The notes: generated by a model from the sequence alone, not told the origin. Shown: positions 1 through 11,895, counted from the stretch's first letter. The stretch is DNA of 64,000 nucleotides from Lingula anatina (GCA_051362555.1 CM120646.1:13826001-13890000), one strand, 5' to 3'. Numbers and translations are program-made.

Positions 1-530
1 ACTGCATTAACCCTTGAACATTAGCTTATGGCAATGCCATTGTGACATGCTTTCATATTAGTAAATCTCCTTTTTTATATTTTCAAAGTTTACGAGAGAG
101 AGCAAAACAAAAAGCAGTTGTACGTCACGGCAAATACATGTATCTTGAAGCGAATAGGGTCAAATAGACGTGCCAAAATTTCGAGAAAAAAAATAGCTGA
201 AGGGATATAATGTAGTGGAATTTCCCGTTTATCATAATGCGAATATTCATTAACTCAACTAATTCTGTGATACAAGGTAGTGTTTTGTAATACATTTCTT
301 TTCCTTGATGCATACTTGTTTAGGATATCGTATATTTCTAAATTTAATGAAATTAATTCATCACAAATTGCCATGAGACGTCCAATGCCTTGAACCGCGT
401 TTTAGGCCTAAAGATTTTCTAAATTCATTTGACCGATTCCGACAAAAATCCAGCACTTTTACATCTCTATTAATTAACAATTATCATACCGGGTACATCT
501 TATTATATTCCGGGTACAACCACAAAGTAC

Positions 531-2485
531 CTGGTTTTGGTTCCCCTGGTTGAAGAGTTGGTAAAGGTGGAGGTGGGGTCGACGAAGGCCGTAAGGTGGT
601 CGCAGGGCCCTCTATTCTGATATCGGCGCAACCGAAAAACTCCTCCTGGGGTACATTGTCTATGTCTCTCCAGAAGTTATTACCTGTGGTAAAATATGTC
701 GTGCGTACTGAATTTCAACGTCATTAACTTATATTTGACAATATGCATGTGTACATAATGAATCGTTTCAGCACATATTGTATGTACTTAATATAATTAA
801 AAAACAAACGTTCCATTATTACTTGCAATAAAATACATATTTACGTTTGAATACAAATTATGCCTCGTTTGGTGATTAATACATGTAGGACATTATCAAT
901 TTTTTTCAAAAAAACAACCGGTCGATAAACTTTCTTAGAAGACGCCAACTCACCGCAGTGCCACTTCCACTGGAACACACAATGGCCACAGGTCAGATCT
1001 GGCGGTAACTTGACCGGTATCACTAAAGTGGCCCTACTGTCCTCGAACGGGTACATAGTTGAGCTGACGAAACTGAAATTAAATAACATCCCACCTAACT
1101 TCAAGAATATGCGTGTAAGACAGTATGCATCGTATTGAAGTAGCATTTTATAATTTTTTGTCTGCCTTTATTCATTGTGTAATAATAGCCGACCCTACTT
1201 AACGAATAAGTGCATATATGTTTTATGTTTATAATTTATGTTATGTATGCTTAGTTGTAAATGCCTGGGTCACGTGTCGCTGGTATCTTTTATCAAATAA
1301 TGTGCATTTTGCACATTCTGCCATTCGAACTGCTTTTATTGTCTTCGTTTTTATTAGACTATTAAATGATCAACGATAAATCCCGCGGTTCACGAAACTA
1401 CACTGTATGGCATATAAAATCTTTCCTTGGTGGGTCACTGTTTAAAGGGCACATACCGATCATGTACTCGAACTTTAAATTGAATACTATATAAAAATAC
1501 ACGCTTTTGGCGGATAATACATCAGCAAGCTAACCGTCTGTCATCTGGCTCAAAGATGCGAGTGACTAACGTGTCATCTTTTAGTGGTATTTGTAAAAGG
1601 TTTTTATTCATGCACTCGTGGGTCACCCTGAACTTGTTATCACAGATCCGAAACTCGTGCCAGCCTTTGTGCTTTGCCGTTATAACAAGTGTAACGTTGA
1701 ATGTCTCTCCCTGAAGAATACAAGAAGCAAGTGATGTTAACATCAATATAGCCACCTCTGCTCATGTCTTTTTAATGTATAACCGGATCGTTAGACATAT
1801 GATCCATAACGTCAGTTCAATGAAATGCCATGCAACATAACAAAAGGTTTCTTTTTATTTCCACACTAATGTTTCGATTGAAGACCTATTTCACTGCATT
1901 TATGGGCCTTTCATTACAAAAAACAATCTTTCAATATAAAATACCTAGATTAGGAGAGCTTAGTTCTCCCTGGAATCATGGAATCTAGGTATACTAGCTG
2001 TTCTTGAAATATAGATATTTTGGTAGGACTTTGAACGGTATTTATTACCTGTTGGTACGTCTTCACAATTGCACCTGGAATCTCGTGTTTAAAAGGTCCT
2101 CCCACTGGGTCACCGCACACTCCACACCTACCACCATTCTGCGTCTGATACTGGGAATCATAATATAATATACATTAATTGATCATTATCGTTAATTAGT
2201 ATTACTCTGTATGTGAAAACAACTTGTTGTTTACATAAAAATATATTTACAGGTATGATTACAGTTTAAATAGTGAGTAAAACTTTGTCCATTATTAATA
2301 TAATAATAATAATGATAACAATAATAATAATAATAACTAACCCACAGCCCCCCGCAGTTGACACCAGTGTTTCTGGGGTCTCTCTGCTCTGGTGACGTCA
2401 TCTTGCCATGACTGTGCACCTGACGACAAAGTTGGAGCACAACGATGCATAGAGACCAGAGCATTAGCGCTGTAAACTGCCGCAT
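531..2485 (-). CDS. AA15-family lytic polysaccharide monooxygenase (chitin-binding type-4/LPMO domain), secreted; 3' end probably outside the window
   Basis: Exons 2485-2342, 2150-2049, 1710-1535, 1072 (or 1063)-954 and 683-531, all GT-AG with compatible phases. A signal peptide ending VHS is followed by His1 (HGKMTSPEQR). Other family motifs: NCGG, NGGRCGVCGDP, second brace His in TAKHKGWHEFRIC, LPPDLTCGHCVFQWKWHCGNN and PQEEFFGCADI, then a Pro/Thr/Ser linker. A donor follows 531; if it is not used, a stop occurs near 484. Confidence 0.9.
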
Positions 2486-3942
2486 CCTTACAGAGAGACA
2501 GAAGTCCTGCGTCCTTTAGAACTTCTACGACAGAACTGAATTGCTTGCCAAACTCAATCCCTTCTTATTGAATAAATTTCATTCTTTGAATGCCTTGATA
2601 CTTAAGAAGATTCATGGGGCACCTCTCGCTTCGCAAAACTGTCTGCGGGACATGCTCGGTAAACTCTTAATAATGGAATTATTTGACAATAAGACACGTT
2701 TTTAAGTTATTTGGCCTGTGAGTATTGAATCAGAACGGCATTGTCCCGGATGCACGAATGTAAACATTCCACTAGCAAAAATACAAGGAAAGTATAAGTC
2801 AGTATTGCGGTTTGTTCGAGTAAAAGTGATCCGTCCTTACATCTTCACAATGGAGATCAATCGTAATACGATATATGTTAGAGAAGCTCCTTTTAGTTGA
2901 ACATAACAGGGTAAGAAAGGTTTGAAGAGGCATACAAGGTGGATATCATTATCAATATTTTCGGGACACGATCCTTGGAAATAACCTTGGAGAAAGACCG
3001 ATTTTTTTCAGTAAAGGGTGTGGAATAGGCTTAATACGTTTATACGCGCAGTAATTAAGTAAATATGTTCATATACATGTATACATACATATATATGTGC
3101 CTCTATATACATTCTCTCGGCAGTTTAGTCTTCATAAAACCAATAGGAAACGCTGTAGTTTGAGATAAATACGAGCACTTTACTGCTATATAGTGCTACG
3201 AGTAAATGCTAATTACACTACGTTTAACCTGTACTCATTAGGCTGAGAAAAGTGCAGAGGGGGAGGGGGGCAATTATTTCCTTCTTTATAACTTAACCTT
3301 AAAATTCAATTAGGTAATAAACACAATTTTTTCAATGCAAACGGGGATTCTGCGCATACAATTCTTAATGTGTTTTTATACAATTTAAGTGACATACCAG
3401 TATTGTATCTAATGAATTCACGACAGGTCCACGTATTTTTTAAACACTCTATATTACTACATATTGTGAGGTGAATCGTGATACAAGGATAATGGGCATC
3501 CTCATTTTGTAAAGGTCTCGGGTGACCTAAACCGCCAGCAAACAAACTTAAGACGGGGGTGGGTTAATTGCCCAATGACCTACGGAATAGAAAGGTCATT
3601 GTTCGGACACGTTGGAATGTACCAGATTAAAACACCATTGAAGGCCAAGTAAAACGTATCTTTTAAGCTGGAAGCTGTTTGAGAGTATTGCATTACATGA
3701 AATTGCCCACGTCAGAAATAAATGCTTGTGTCACGCCCGCACTTTGAATGACAACAATGACTCCTTATGTTGACAACTTCTAGCTGTATGTATTTTAATA
3801 TCAACTGGCTCCTTTTTGAGGACAGAGCTGCCTGAGGGAAAAGTGGTTTAACCAATTGAACTGGCCATGGTCTGAGGACATGTGAAATATAACTAACGTT
3901 TATAAAGAGAGTTTTATTGGGGTGCTATATAGTGATAAACGC

Positions 3943-3994
<52 letters not shown>

Positions 3995-5111
3995 GAAAGA
4001 AAAAAAATACAGACGTGTGCAGCTTGTCATAATTTCGATCGAAAATTTTGATCTCTGTCTGTAATTTTCTACAAAGCTTAACAATACCGTGAGAAGACTT
4101 CTGAATACATTTGCCAGCGCTAGCTTTTCGTGTCTTTTGGAATTAACTTCTAGCGCAAACATACAAGCTGTTTAAAATAAGAATTAATTTGTCAGCACTA
4201 TTTTACTTTAGGAGTTAGACAATGAAATGAAATGCTTGCTACAGCCAGGTGCTTTTGTTTATGTCAGCCGTTTTGTCAAATCACAATTTAAAAGAAATTA
4301 ATTCAGAGATGCTTCACACAGACCAATAGTAAGGCAGATATGTTTTATTTTTCTTATTTTTATTGATGAACCTTTCACAAAAGATTGACAAAAATCAATT
4401 TTAATTTAAAAATAGAAAAAAAAAATTAGAAAAAAACATAATGAAATTAAAAGTCGGAAGGGCGGTTCAGTTTTAATCCAAAAAAGTGTACAGTGGGACC
4501 ATTTCGAGTTAAAGGTATTTCTCATTCAGTCTTTAGTTACCATGCGATATAATAACTATACTATATTTGTGATTTCGGATCCTGGTAATATTCCCATTGT
4601 TAATTAATCAATTTATAGTCTGGAACACAGTTTTGTGTATGACAAATACAAACGTACTGAACCCAAGTAAATGGACACATATGCTACATGTAAGTAAATA
4701 TCTCAATAAGTTTTTTTGTCACGACAAATAATATCTATTGGTATGTTCGAAGCGTACGTGACTAAAATATTGCAAATGACATCACTGGTACCGAGTCGTG
4801 ACGAACAATGACTGGATTAGTGAAGCCTGGTGTAATTTAACATATCCGTTTATACAGTAAGGACTATTCAATGAAATCAAAATGAAAAGTTTAATTATCA
4901 GTGCACTTTTTCGCAATCCGTAGTATTTCATATAGCCACGACACACTCTTCAATAGACCGTGTAAGCAATTATCATCCGTTTACTTTGATATCAATAATA
5001 TTGCCAATATTAATAACTAATCATCATACAGACAGTTATACACTGTTATGCTGCTAGCACATGTTCCGATGTCCATGTTGCATTAGCAGAGCTGCCTCTG
5101 AGACTTAAACT

Positions 5112-5376
5112 GGGTTCCCATTCCCAGAACCTTTTGTACTTACTGTGTATCGATCTATCTCCGAGGGGTATCTCGCTAAATTGCTTTCAGCTTAAGCGGC
5201 TAAGATGTCCGGCACGCCTACTGAAGCAGCTAAACGATAATTAATTACCTCCTAGCAGTTGCAGTAGGTGTGACAGACATCTAAGCCGCTAACGTTGACT
5301 GCAATTTAGCGAGAATCTACTCGGAGATACAGTAGATCGATCCACAATTAGTACAATAGCGTCTGGGAATGGTCCC
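5112..5376. mobile_element. Palindromic MITE family A, copy 1 (PIF/Harbinger-like by inference), in the R1 3' UTR
   Basis: The element is an imperfect hairpin along its whole length: GGGTTCCCATTCCCAGA...TCTGGGAATGGTCCC, with inner arm pairs ATCGATCTA/TAGATCGAT and TCTCGCTAAATTGC/GCAATTTAGCGAGA. Related copies occur elsewhere in the window. Confidence 0.8.
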
Positions 5377-5383
5377 TTTGACT

Positions 5384-8300
5384 TTATGAGCCATATATGC
5401 TATTTTCTCTAAAAACAACGCCTTCTGAAGGGGGTTCTCCCATTCCAGTGACGTCAGTTAACCTGCCGTCACTATCTTCATATAGGTCATTCTCTACCAT
5501 CTGCATGTCGTCATCTGACAGGTCATCTCCGAAATGTGTTGCCAACTGGTAATCATCAGAGTCAGCTTCACTAGTACCTTGGATTGCACTGGGTTGTGCA
5601 TTTTTCTTTTTCTTCCTCTCTGGCACAGCGTACAGATCGCTGGGGTTCTGCACACTGTCGCCCGCTGTATCTGAGGCTGTACATGCTCTGGCTTTTTTCT
5701 TCCTTTCGGGCACGGCGTACAGGTCAGCTATTGTACTTTCTTGTTCTTTTGTCTTCATGTGCAACTTCACATCGTCTGGTGCATTTGGGGATGAAACGAC
5801 GGCCTTGGAAAAGCCAGTCTCAGAAACATCTTGAATGTCATTGCAATCGTTGCTTAGTCGATGGGAAGATGATGGCTGATTTTTATGGTCTTGTGAAGAA
5901 TCATTTTTCTCTTTGCCTCTGAAATGAAAATGTTGTAATAGCCACACGAAACAAAATTTAGAAAGGAACAGACGGTCTTCTCTCCTTTTGCTAGCTATGT
6001 CTTAAAACCACGGCTGTAGAAGAATACAACAGGCTGCATGTATTCCTGCATCTGGTGGTATTATGAGTTCACAAGTAATTAAGCACGACGCGGCCTTTCG
6101 TTTTCTGCTTAAGTCCTGGTTTAAGAAATAATTATTACCATGCCATCTGGTGCAGGTTTTTCCCCTTGAAGGAAATCGTATGATAACCCCAATACTTTTA
6201 ACACTTAAGTCACTAATCAGAGTTCAGAGAAACAGGTACCGTGTTATTGAATTGTTGACTTTTTTCCTTTTTTAATTGTCTTTATAAATCGTGACTGTGC
6301 TATTTAGTGCCCATTTAGGTTCATTCAAATTTTTAAAAAATACACTATACCTTCGTCTCCAGTATACTAGGCCAAATCCTACAACTACCAGGATGACAAC
6401 AACCGCCGCTGTGCCACCACCTGCTGATATTGCTACTATGTTTTCTGAAAGTGGAAGATAATGATTAATTTTAAACGTCTGATCAACATAATTTAATTTT
6501 GGAAACAGAAGCATCTGTGTTATCTTTCTGGTAGATGGTACTTTCTTTATAGGATAGACAGATTTAATGATAAATTGAATTTAACTGTCCATGCAGATAG
6601 CGTGATCTTTGATTTTCTGGACAATAACCACACTGGGAGCGCTTATCATGTATTTATCAAATTTCCTTCTATTTTAAGTTTTTTTGTCAACCATTGAAAC
6701 GGAAAACTTCATTAAAATAATGCCATTACTAATTTTGCAGCTAGAATACATAATCCGTTTTACAAGGTTATAAAGCAATCGTTACCCACCAGGTTGTCCG
6801 GTCATTCTGCCCGCGGTTTGACCACTGGCCTTAAAACACTCAGGTATCTGACCCCATGTACCATCATTTCTACACCTCAGCGTGACATAACTTGTATCAG
6901 TGCCCATGTGAAAATCATCTTCGCATGTCACATTGACTTTGCTTCCATATAGGTACGGTCCTGTTGACGACACGCTGAGGTTGCTCGGCAAAGATCCTAT
7001 ATCTGAGCAGTATACAGGTGAACAACTTGGTACACTAATCATACTCGGAGTTCCATTGGCTAGACATTCAACAGTTATTACGTCTTGCTTACCGGGAAAT
7101 AAATGTCCCTTCGGACAGCGGTACGATTTAGAGTCTAGATACCTGAAACTTGCTGACCCATTCACTGTGAGGTTTTGGTTATGAGTAGGTAAAGGACAAG
7201 ACCTTGGTTCACATGCAGGTAGCATAGTTTGGTTAAAGTTTCCATTTTCCATACAAACTAAACTGATAGATGTTTGGTTAGTAACGGGTAGGACGTATCC
7301 GGCATCACAATCTAAATGCACGTGGTCTTCGGACAGATGAGGCCCACGTTCTCTTGGTTTCATGTGTGTCAGGTTTTGCGGCAGTTGACACTGCACTCTG
7401 CAATCTGGGATGGATGCGTTGAATGTTAGATTTGCAGTACAGGTGATAATTTTCACGGAAGTCCCATCCGGGAACACGTGTCCGGTTGGGCATTCAAAGT
7501 CCACTTGTTGGTGCACGTGGTATGGAAGAACTTTAGACGTCTCTGCGTTGCTGTCGACATTCGGTGGCGAACAAATACCGGGTTTACACCGGGCAGCAGT
7601 GCCATTCCATGTGCCGTTGATTTGACAAAACAACGTCTTTGATGTGGAGTTGTTCTCGAGAAAATGTCCCTGGAAACATATGTACTGTTTTACATCCCCA
7701 ATGTTGTTAGCCTGGGATGTTAAGTGTACCGTTGCGTTTTCTCCAGTCCCAGGATCAGGGCATGTCGTAACTGCAAGAATAGGAATCTTGAAAATATACT
7801 TCTCTTTGTGATAATTAATATATTCCGCATGCTTCATTTTACACGTTACTTACTAACAGTATGTATACTTCAGTCCACAGACTGAACATACAATGTCTTA
7901 CATACAATATTTGTATCAATATAGTTTCCATGCATTATCAGTTACATTCAATATTTTGTTAGACATGCCTATGGAAATTAAGTTAAATACGAAATACAGA
8001 TACAAGTACATACATGTAGGTACCACTCTCGGAGTTAACATCTTTAGTGAATATTAATACTGATTAACAAGACAACTTAATAATGTGCTGGTGTCAAAAT
8101 TATTATCAAAAAAGACTTACGGTTGGTGCAATTATCTCCTGTATAACCCACATGACAAATGCATGATTGGTTGTCACCTTGACTTCGCTGACAACTGCCA
8201 CTGCCACAATCTTCACTGCACTCCCATCCTTTAAAAACGAAAACAACAAAAGAGGCCTAATGGGTTAGGTCAGTGAAAGAATATTTCGTGTGGACTATGG

Positions 8301-8437
8301 CTTGCTGCAAGGTCTTGAATTTTGCAACATCAACTCATTGGCGGCTTTTTGTTTTTACGCATGTGGCATTTTGACCCATTTAAACAATATCATTATATTT
8401 GAATAAACGTATTAAATATGGACTTCATTTTTATCTT

Positions 8438-8468
<31 letters not shown>

Positions 8469-11400
8469 TTCTTATATGGCGCCTTACATTCTATCTCAAG
8501 GCGCCTTACAATAATGGCTGATATACTAAAATCATTAAAATGACTACAATATTTTAATCATAAACTCTCATTGGAAACCATTTAAAATTTACACTACTAA
8601 AAATCAATCTTATTAAAAAAAAAAAAAAAAAAAAACATATATATATTAAAATAAAATCTAAGAGATATAGACAGAATTAAAAAAGTGGGTCTTTAAAAGA
8701 GATTTAAAATTGTCAAAGTCTTCTGTTTTCCTAATAAAATTTGGTAGACCATTCCACACTCTTGGGGCGTAGATTATAAAAGCACGATCTCCATAACTTT
8801 TTAGGCACCCCTTCTCTAAAACAGAATGTTCTAAAATAAAATCATTCTCAGTATTAAAACGTGTGGACCGCCGTGGTAAGTTAAAACAGATAAGATCAGA
8901 TAAATATAATGGTCCTTGTGAATGGATCGCCTTAAAAATAATACAGAGTACTTTAAAATCAATCCTCTGCTTCACAGGCAGCCAGTGTAATTCTTTCAGA
9001 ATGGGAGTGATATGGTGTGTACTATTGTACTTAATTTGACAAACCAGTCTTGCAGCTGAGTTTTGAATAACTTGTAACTTTTTAATCTGATAGTCACAAA
9101 TACCAAAGAGGAGACTATTGCAGTAATCTAATCTTGATGATATAAATGCATGTACTAATTTTTCAGTGGTTTTGTTATCTAACACTTTCCTTATTTTTCC
9201 AATGCGCCATAGTGCATAAGATGCTGATTTACACACTTCAGATACACGCTTGCCCATAGTGCCATTTTCATCGAGGGTAACTCCCAGATCTTTTACAGAA
9301 CTAGATGGTTTTATAAGAACATCTCCTATGCAAATGTTGGCATTTGCTACATTTTTTCTATTTGCCTTGAACCTTGATGTAAACCATATCAACTCAGTCT
9401 TGCTATCATTTAAAGCCAACATGTTCACTTTCATCCATTAATGCACGGAATGGCTAGCATTAACATTTGGATAAGATTCTTTATCAAAAGTAAATTAATT
9501 CTTTGTTTTTGTCTGAATTATGGTCTCTAAAACTTTGGACAGATGCGTGTACTGTGACTGATTTCAAAATAACACTTTAGCAACATGACAATACTGAACA
9601 CAACCTATTATCCACCTTACCTGAAGTACACTTTTGCATTTTATAATGATCAACGTCCTTTTTAACATTGCGAGTATTGCAGAATGTGCTTGTCTCGTGA
9701 AACCAGCACTCTTCACTATCAGTATTCCAGTCAGCAGCATAACAGGAGGAGTTGGTTACACACCCATGAACACATTGTTCTACTGTTTCGAGTTCCTTCA
9801 TCTTTGATGCATCCTGTGCACCGTATTCATGGAACGCTTGGGTCACGTTTTGTGGCACTGAAAAAGTTTTTTGTCGTTAAATGTAAAAAACCATGATTGT
9901 ATTAAGAAACCGTGAATTCTATTAAAATGAAATACTTTTCATTTGACACAGCTCAATACCAGTAGTGCACGTTAAAAGCATAATAGTGTGGACGAAAAGA
10001 GAAACTATAGAGCAGACACCCAATATCATCTTATATTTCAATTATCTTTATTTCAATAGACATTCATTTTACTTTACAGCACGTATTTCCCATTTGCCTT
10101 GTAATGACAAATATCATTATGGTCCAGGGTGATCTAAATTCATACAGCAGCATTACAAAATGAATAAATTTCACCACTACAGGCATCGCAAATGTTCACT
10201 TCCGCGGTTTACTTAAAGGGACTAAATATGAATCCCGCTAAAGAGAGACCCATATACAAAAAAGGGAAAAATCAATAAAATCTTCCTTAGATGGAAGAAA
10301 AATGTATTTACCGGCGCAAACGGTTGGCGTCCTCGTACCACACAGTCGCATTTTCAACATTGGTCGAGAGCACTTGCTGTCCGTTGGTAGAGCATCGATG
10401 TCGGGTTCGATGCATATACCTAAAGGAAAATGTTAATACACCCATACATGTAATCAGCACTTTAAAGTATAATCTACACGATTTAAATTGTTTTTATCAG
10501 CACTGAAAAGCACATTCCAAGTTGTACTTCAGTTTCATTTTGCAGATGCCCACAAACAAAACCTGCCATATTGTGATGCTTGAGCATTGAGACAACGTTA
10601 GTACAACTACACGGTAAGGAGTAAATAATTAAACTTATATATTCAGCGATATGCACACGACAAATTTATTTTGATTAAATAGCATGACCCTGAAATTTAT
10701 TCATACTTCCTTCTTGTGACCTTGGCTTATACAAGGGTGCGTGAACAGACAGAATAAAAAGATCTAAAGTAAACAAAAATACCAAGGTACAACACTATCA
10801 AGAACATCTAAAATTTGTTCAGTTGGGAATAAAATCAAACTTACACTGAGAAATTCCTTAATATAGTTCAAGTGAATATCTTGTTTGTTGTAATAATACA
10901 ACCGATATATATTCTTGCTTGCACATGACTTTGATGTCGACTTGATTTTTAATCTATCGACATGACATTCACGTCAACATGTTGATATGTACAAGGCGGC
11001 TGTGACAGTCATATCACACTGTCAACAATAAATGTACACTGAATTACTCCTGTGTCGCGACTTTGATATTTAACCTATCGACAGGACATTGATGTCAACA
11101 TGTCGATATGTACAAGACGGCTGTGACAGTCATATCACACTGTCAACAATAAATGTATACTGAATTACTCCTGTGTCGCGACTTTGATATTTAACCTATC
11201 GACAGGACATTGATGTCAACATGTCGATATGTACAAGACGGCTGTGACAGTCATATCACACTGTCAACAATAAATGTATACTGAATTACTCCTGTGTCGC
11301 GACAGCAGGCTTTGTTCTTGCAAGTTTTGTTAGAGGCAAAGCGTGACCAGCAGTTTCCTGTGAAGGATGAGCACAGCGATTGCTGCGCCCACATAGCTTA

Positions 11401-11895
11401 TATATCAACCTGTCATTACACACAGGCCCTTTTCATACTAAGTGGTACAGTTTTCTGTATCGCACCCGTTGGGGTGATTGACAAACCTGCCCCAGCGCTC
11501 GATCAACACAGCCACTTAAACTAATATACACTGAGGCTTGTGAAAGGTAGCTACCCCCTTCCCGTAGTGTAGTTACCTGTAAGGGGTAGTCAAGCTGGTG
11601 TGATACAGAAAACTACCCATTGATGTAAAAAGGGTCACAGTAACCTACATAACTGAAATACACAGGTGTCTGCAAAGAGGGTTAATCTTTTTAGTCGTCT
11701 TTGCTTTATTACTTTGCCTACCGATATATCCCCATTCTGCGGTGAAGGTAATCCGCACCATAGACTTTATATGCCCCAGACCATTCATTTTAACTCACCT
11801 TTGACTATACTGATCTTGCTGACCCAAATCAGCATGATCAGAATACCGACATTTCTCAGGTCTGCACAATTTGAGCTAGTGCGAGAGACCGCCAT
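5384..11895 (-). CDS. Receptor R1: signal peptide, 4-Cys module, PAN/Apple, EGF, five Sushi/CCP, TM, Tyr-motif cytoplasmic tail (about 719 aa)
   Basis: Exons 11895-11799, 10419-10312, 9857-9621 (PAN: EQCVHGCVTNSSCYAADWN..ECWFH), 8228-8121 (EGF: CSEDCGSGSC..SCICHVGYTGDNC), 7770-6790 (five CCP repeats), 6444-6351 (TM) and 5918-5384 (tail). All introns are GT-AG, and the exons sum to 2160 nt with an open frame. Confidence 0.88.
8441..9440 (-). mobile_element. 5'-truncated L2-clade LINE (C-terminal ORF2, 3' UTR and (ATT)n tail) in intron 3 of R1
   Basis: ORF 8658-9434 contains LALNDSKTELI, VKDLGVTLD, LVHAFISSRLDYCNSLL, HITPILKELHWLPVKQRIDFK and GDRAF..APRVWNGLP..FKSLLKTHFF. The 3' end has the stem-loop GGCGCCTT-N12-AAGGCGCC followed by ATATAAG and (ATT)n, as expected for L2 termini. 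Confidence 0.9.
10939..11302. repeat. Minisatellite, 121-bp unit x about 3, in intron 1 of R1
   Basis: GAATTACTCCTGTGTCGCGA recurs at 11041, 11162 and 11283. Copies 2 and 3 are nearly identical. Confidence 0.9.
11425..11636. mobile_element. Small MITE-like element with about 40-bp imperfect terminal inverted repeats
   Basis: The left end GGCCCTTTTCATACTAAGTGGTACAGTTTTCTGTATCGCACC matches the reverse complement of the right end, GACCCTTTTTACATCAATGGGTAGTTTTCTGTATCACACC. Confidence 0.6.

Noticed and set aside
5400-5760. Calling the R1/R2 tails ITIM-bearing inhibitory receptors
   Set aside because: LYAVP has Pro at +3 and the other tyrosines do not fit (I/V/L/S)xYxx(L/V), so an inhibitory function is not supported by the sequence.
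5584-5922. Plus-strand ORFs conserved between 5584-5922 and 12887-13201
   Set aside because: They are antisense shadows of the duplicated tail exons.
6782-7837. The 351-aa, 340-aa and 248-aa Sushi ORFs as standalone genes
   Set aside because: Their ORF starts lie in introns or inside the exon. They are exon 5 of the spliced receptors.
10939-11302. Regularly spaced repeats as a possible CRISPR-like array
   Set aside because: The whole 121-bp unit repeats with no unique spacers, there are no cas genes, and the context is a eukaryotic intron.
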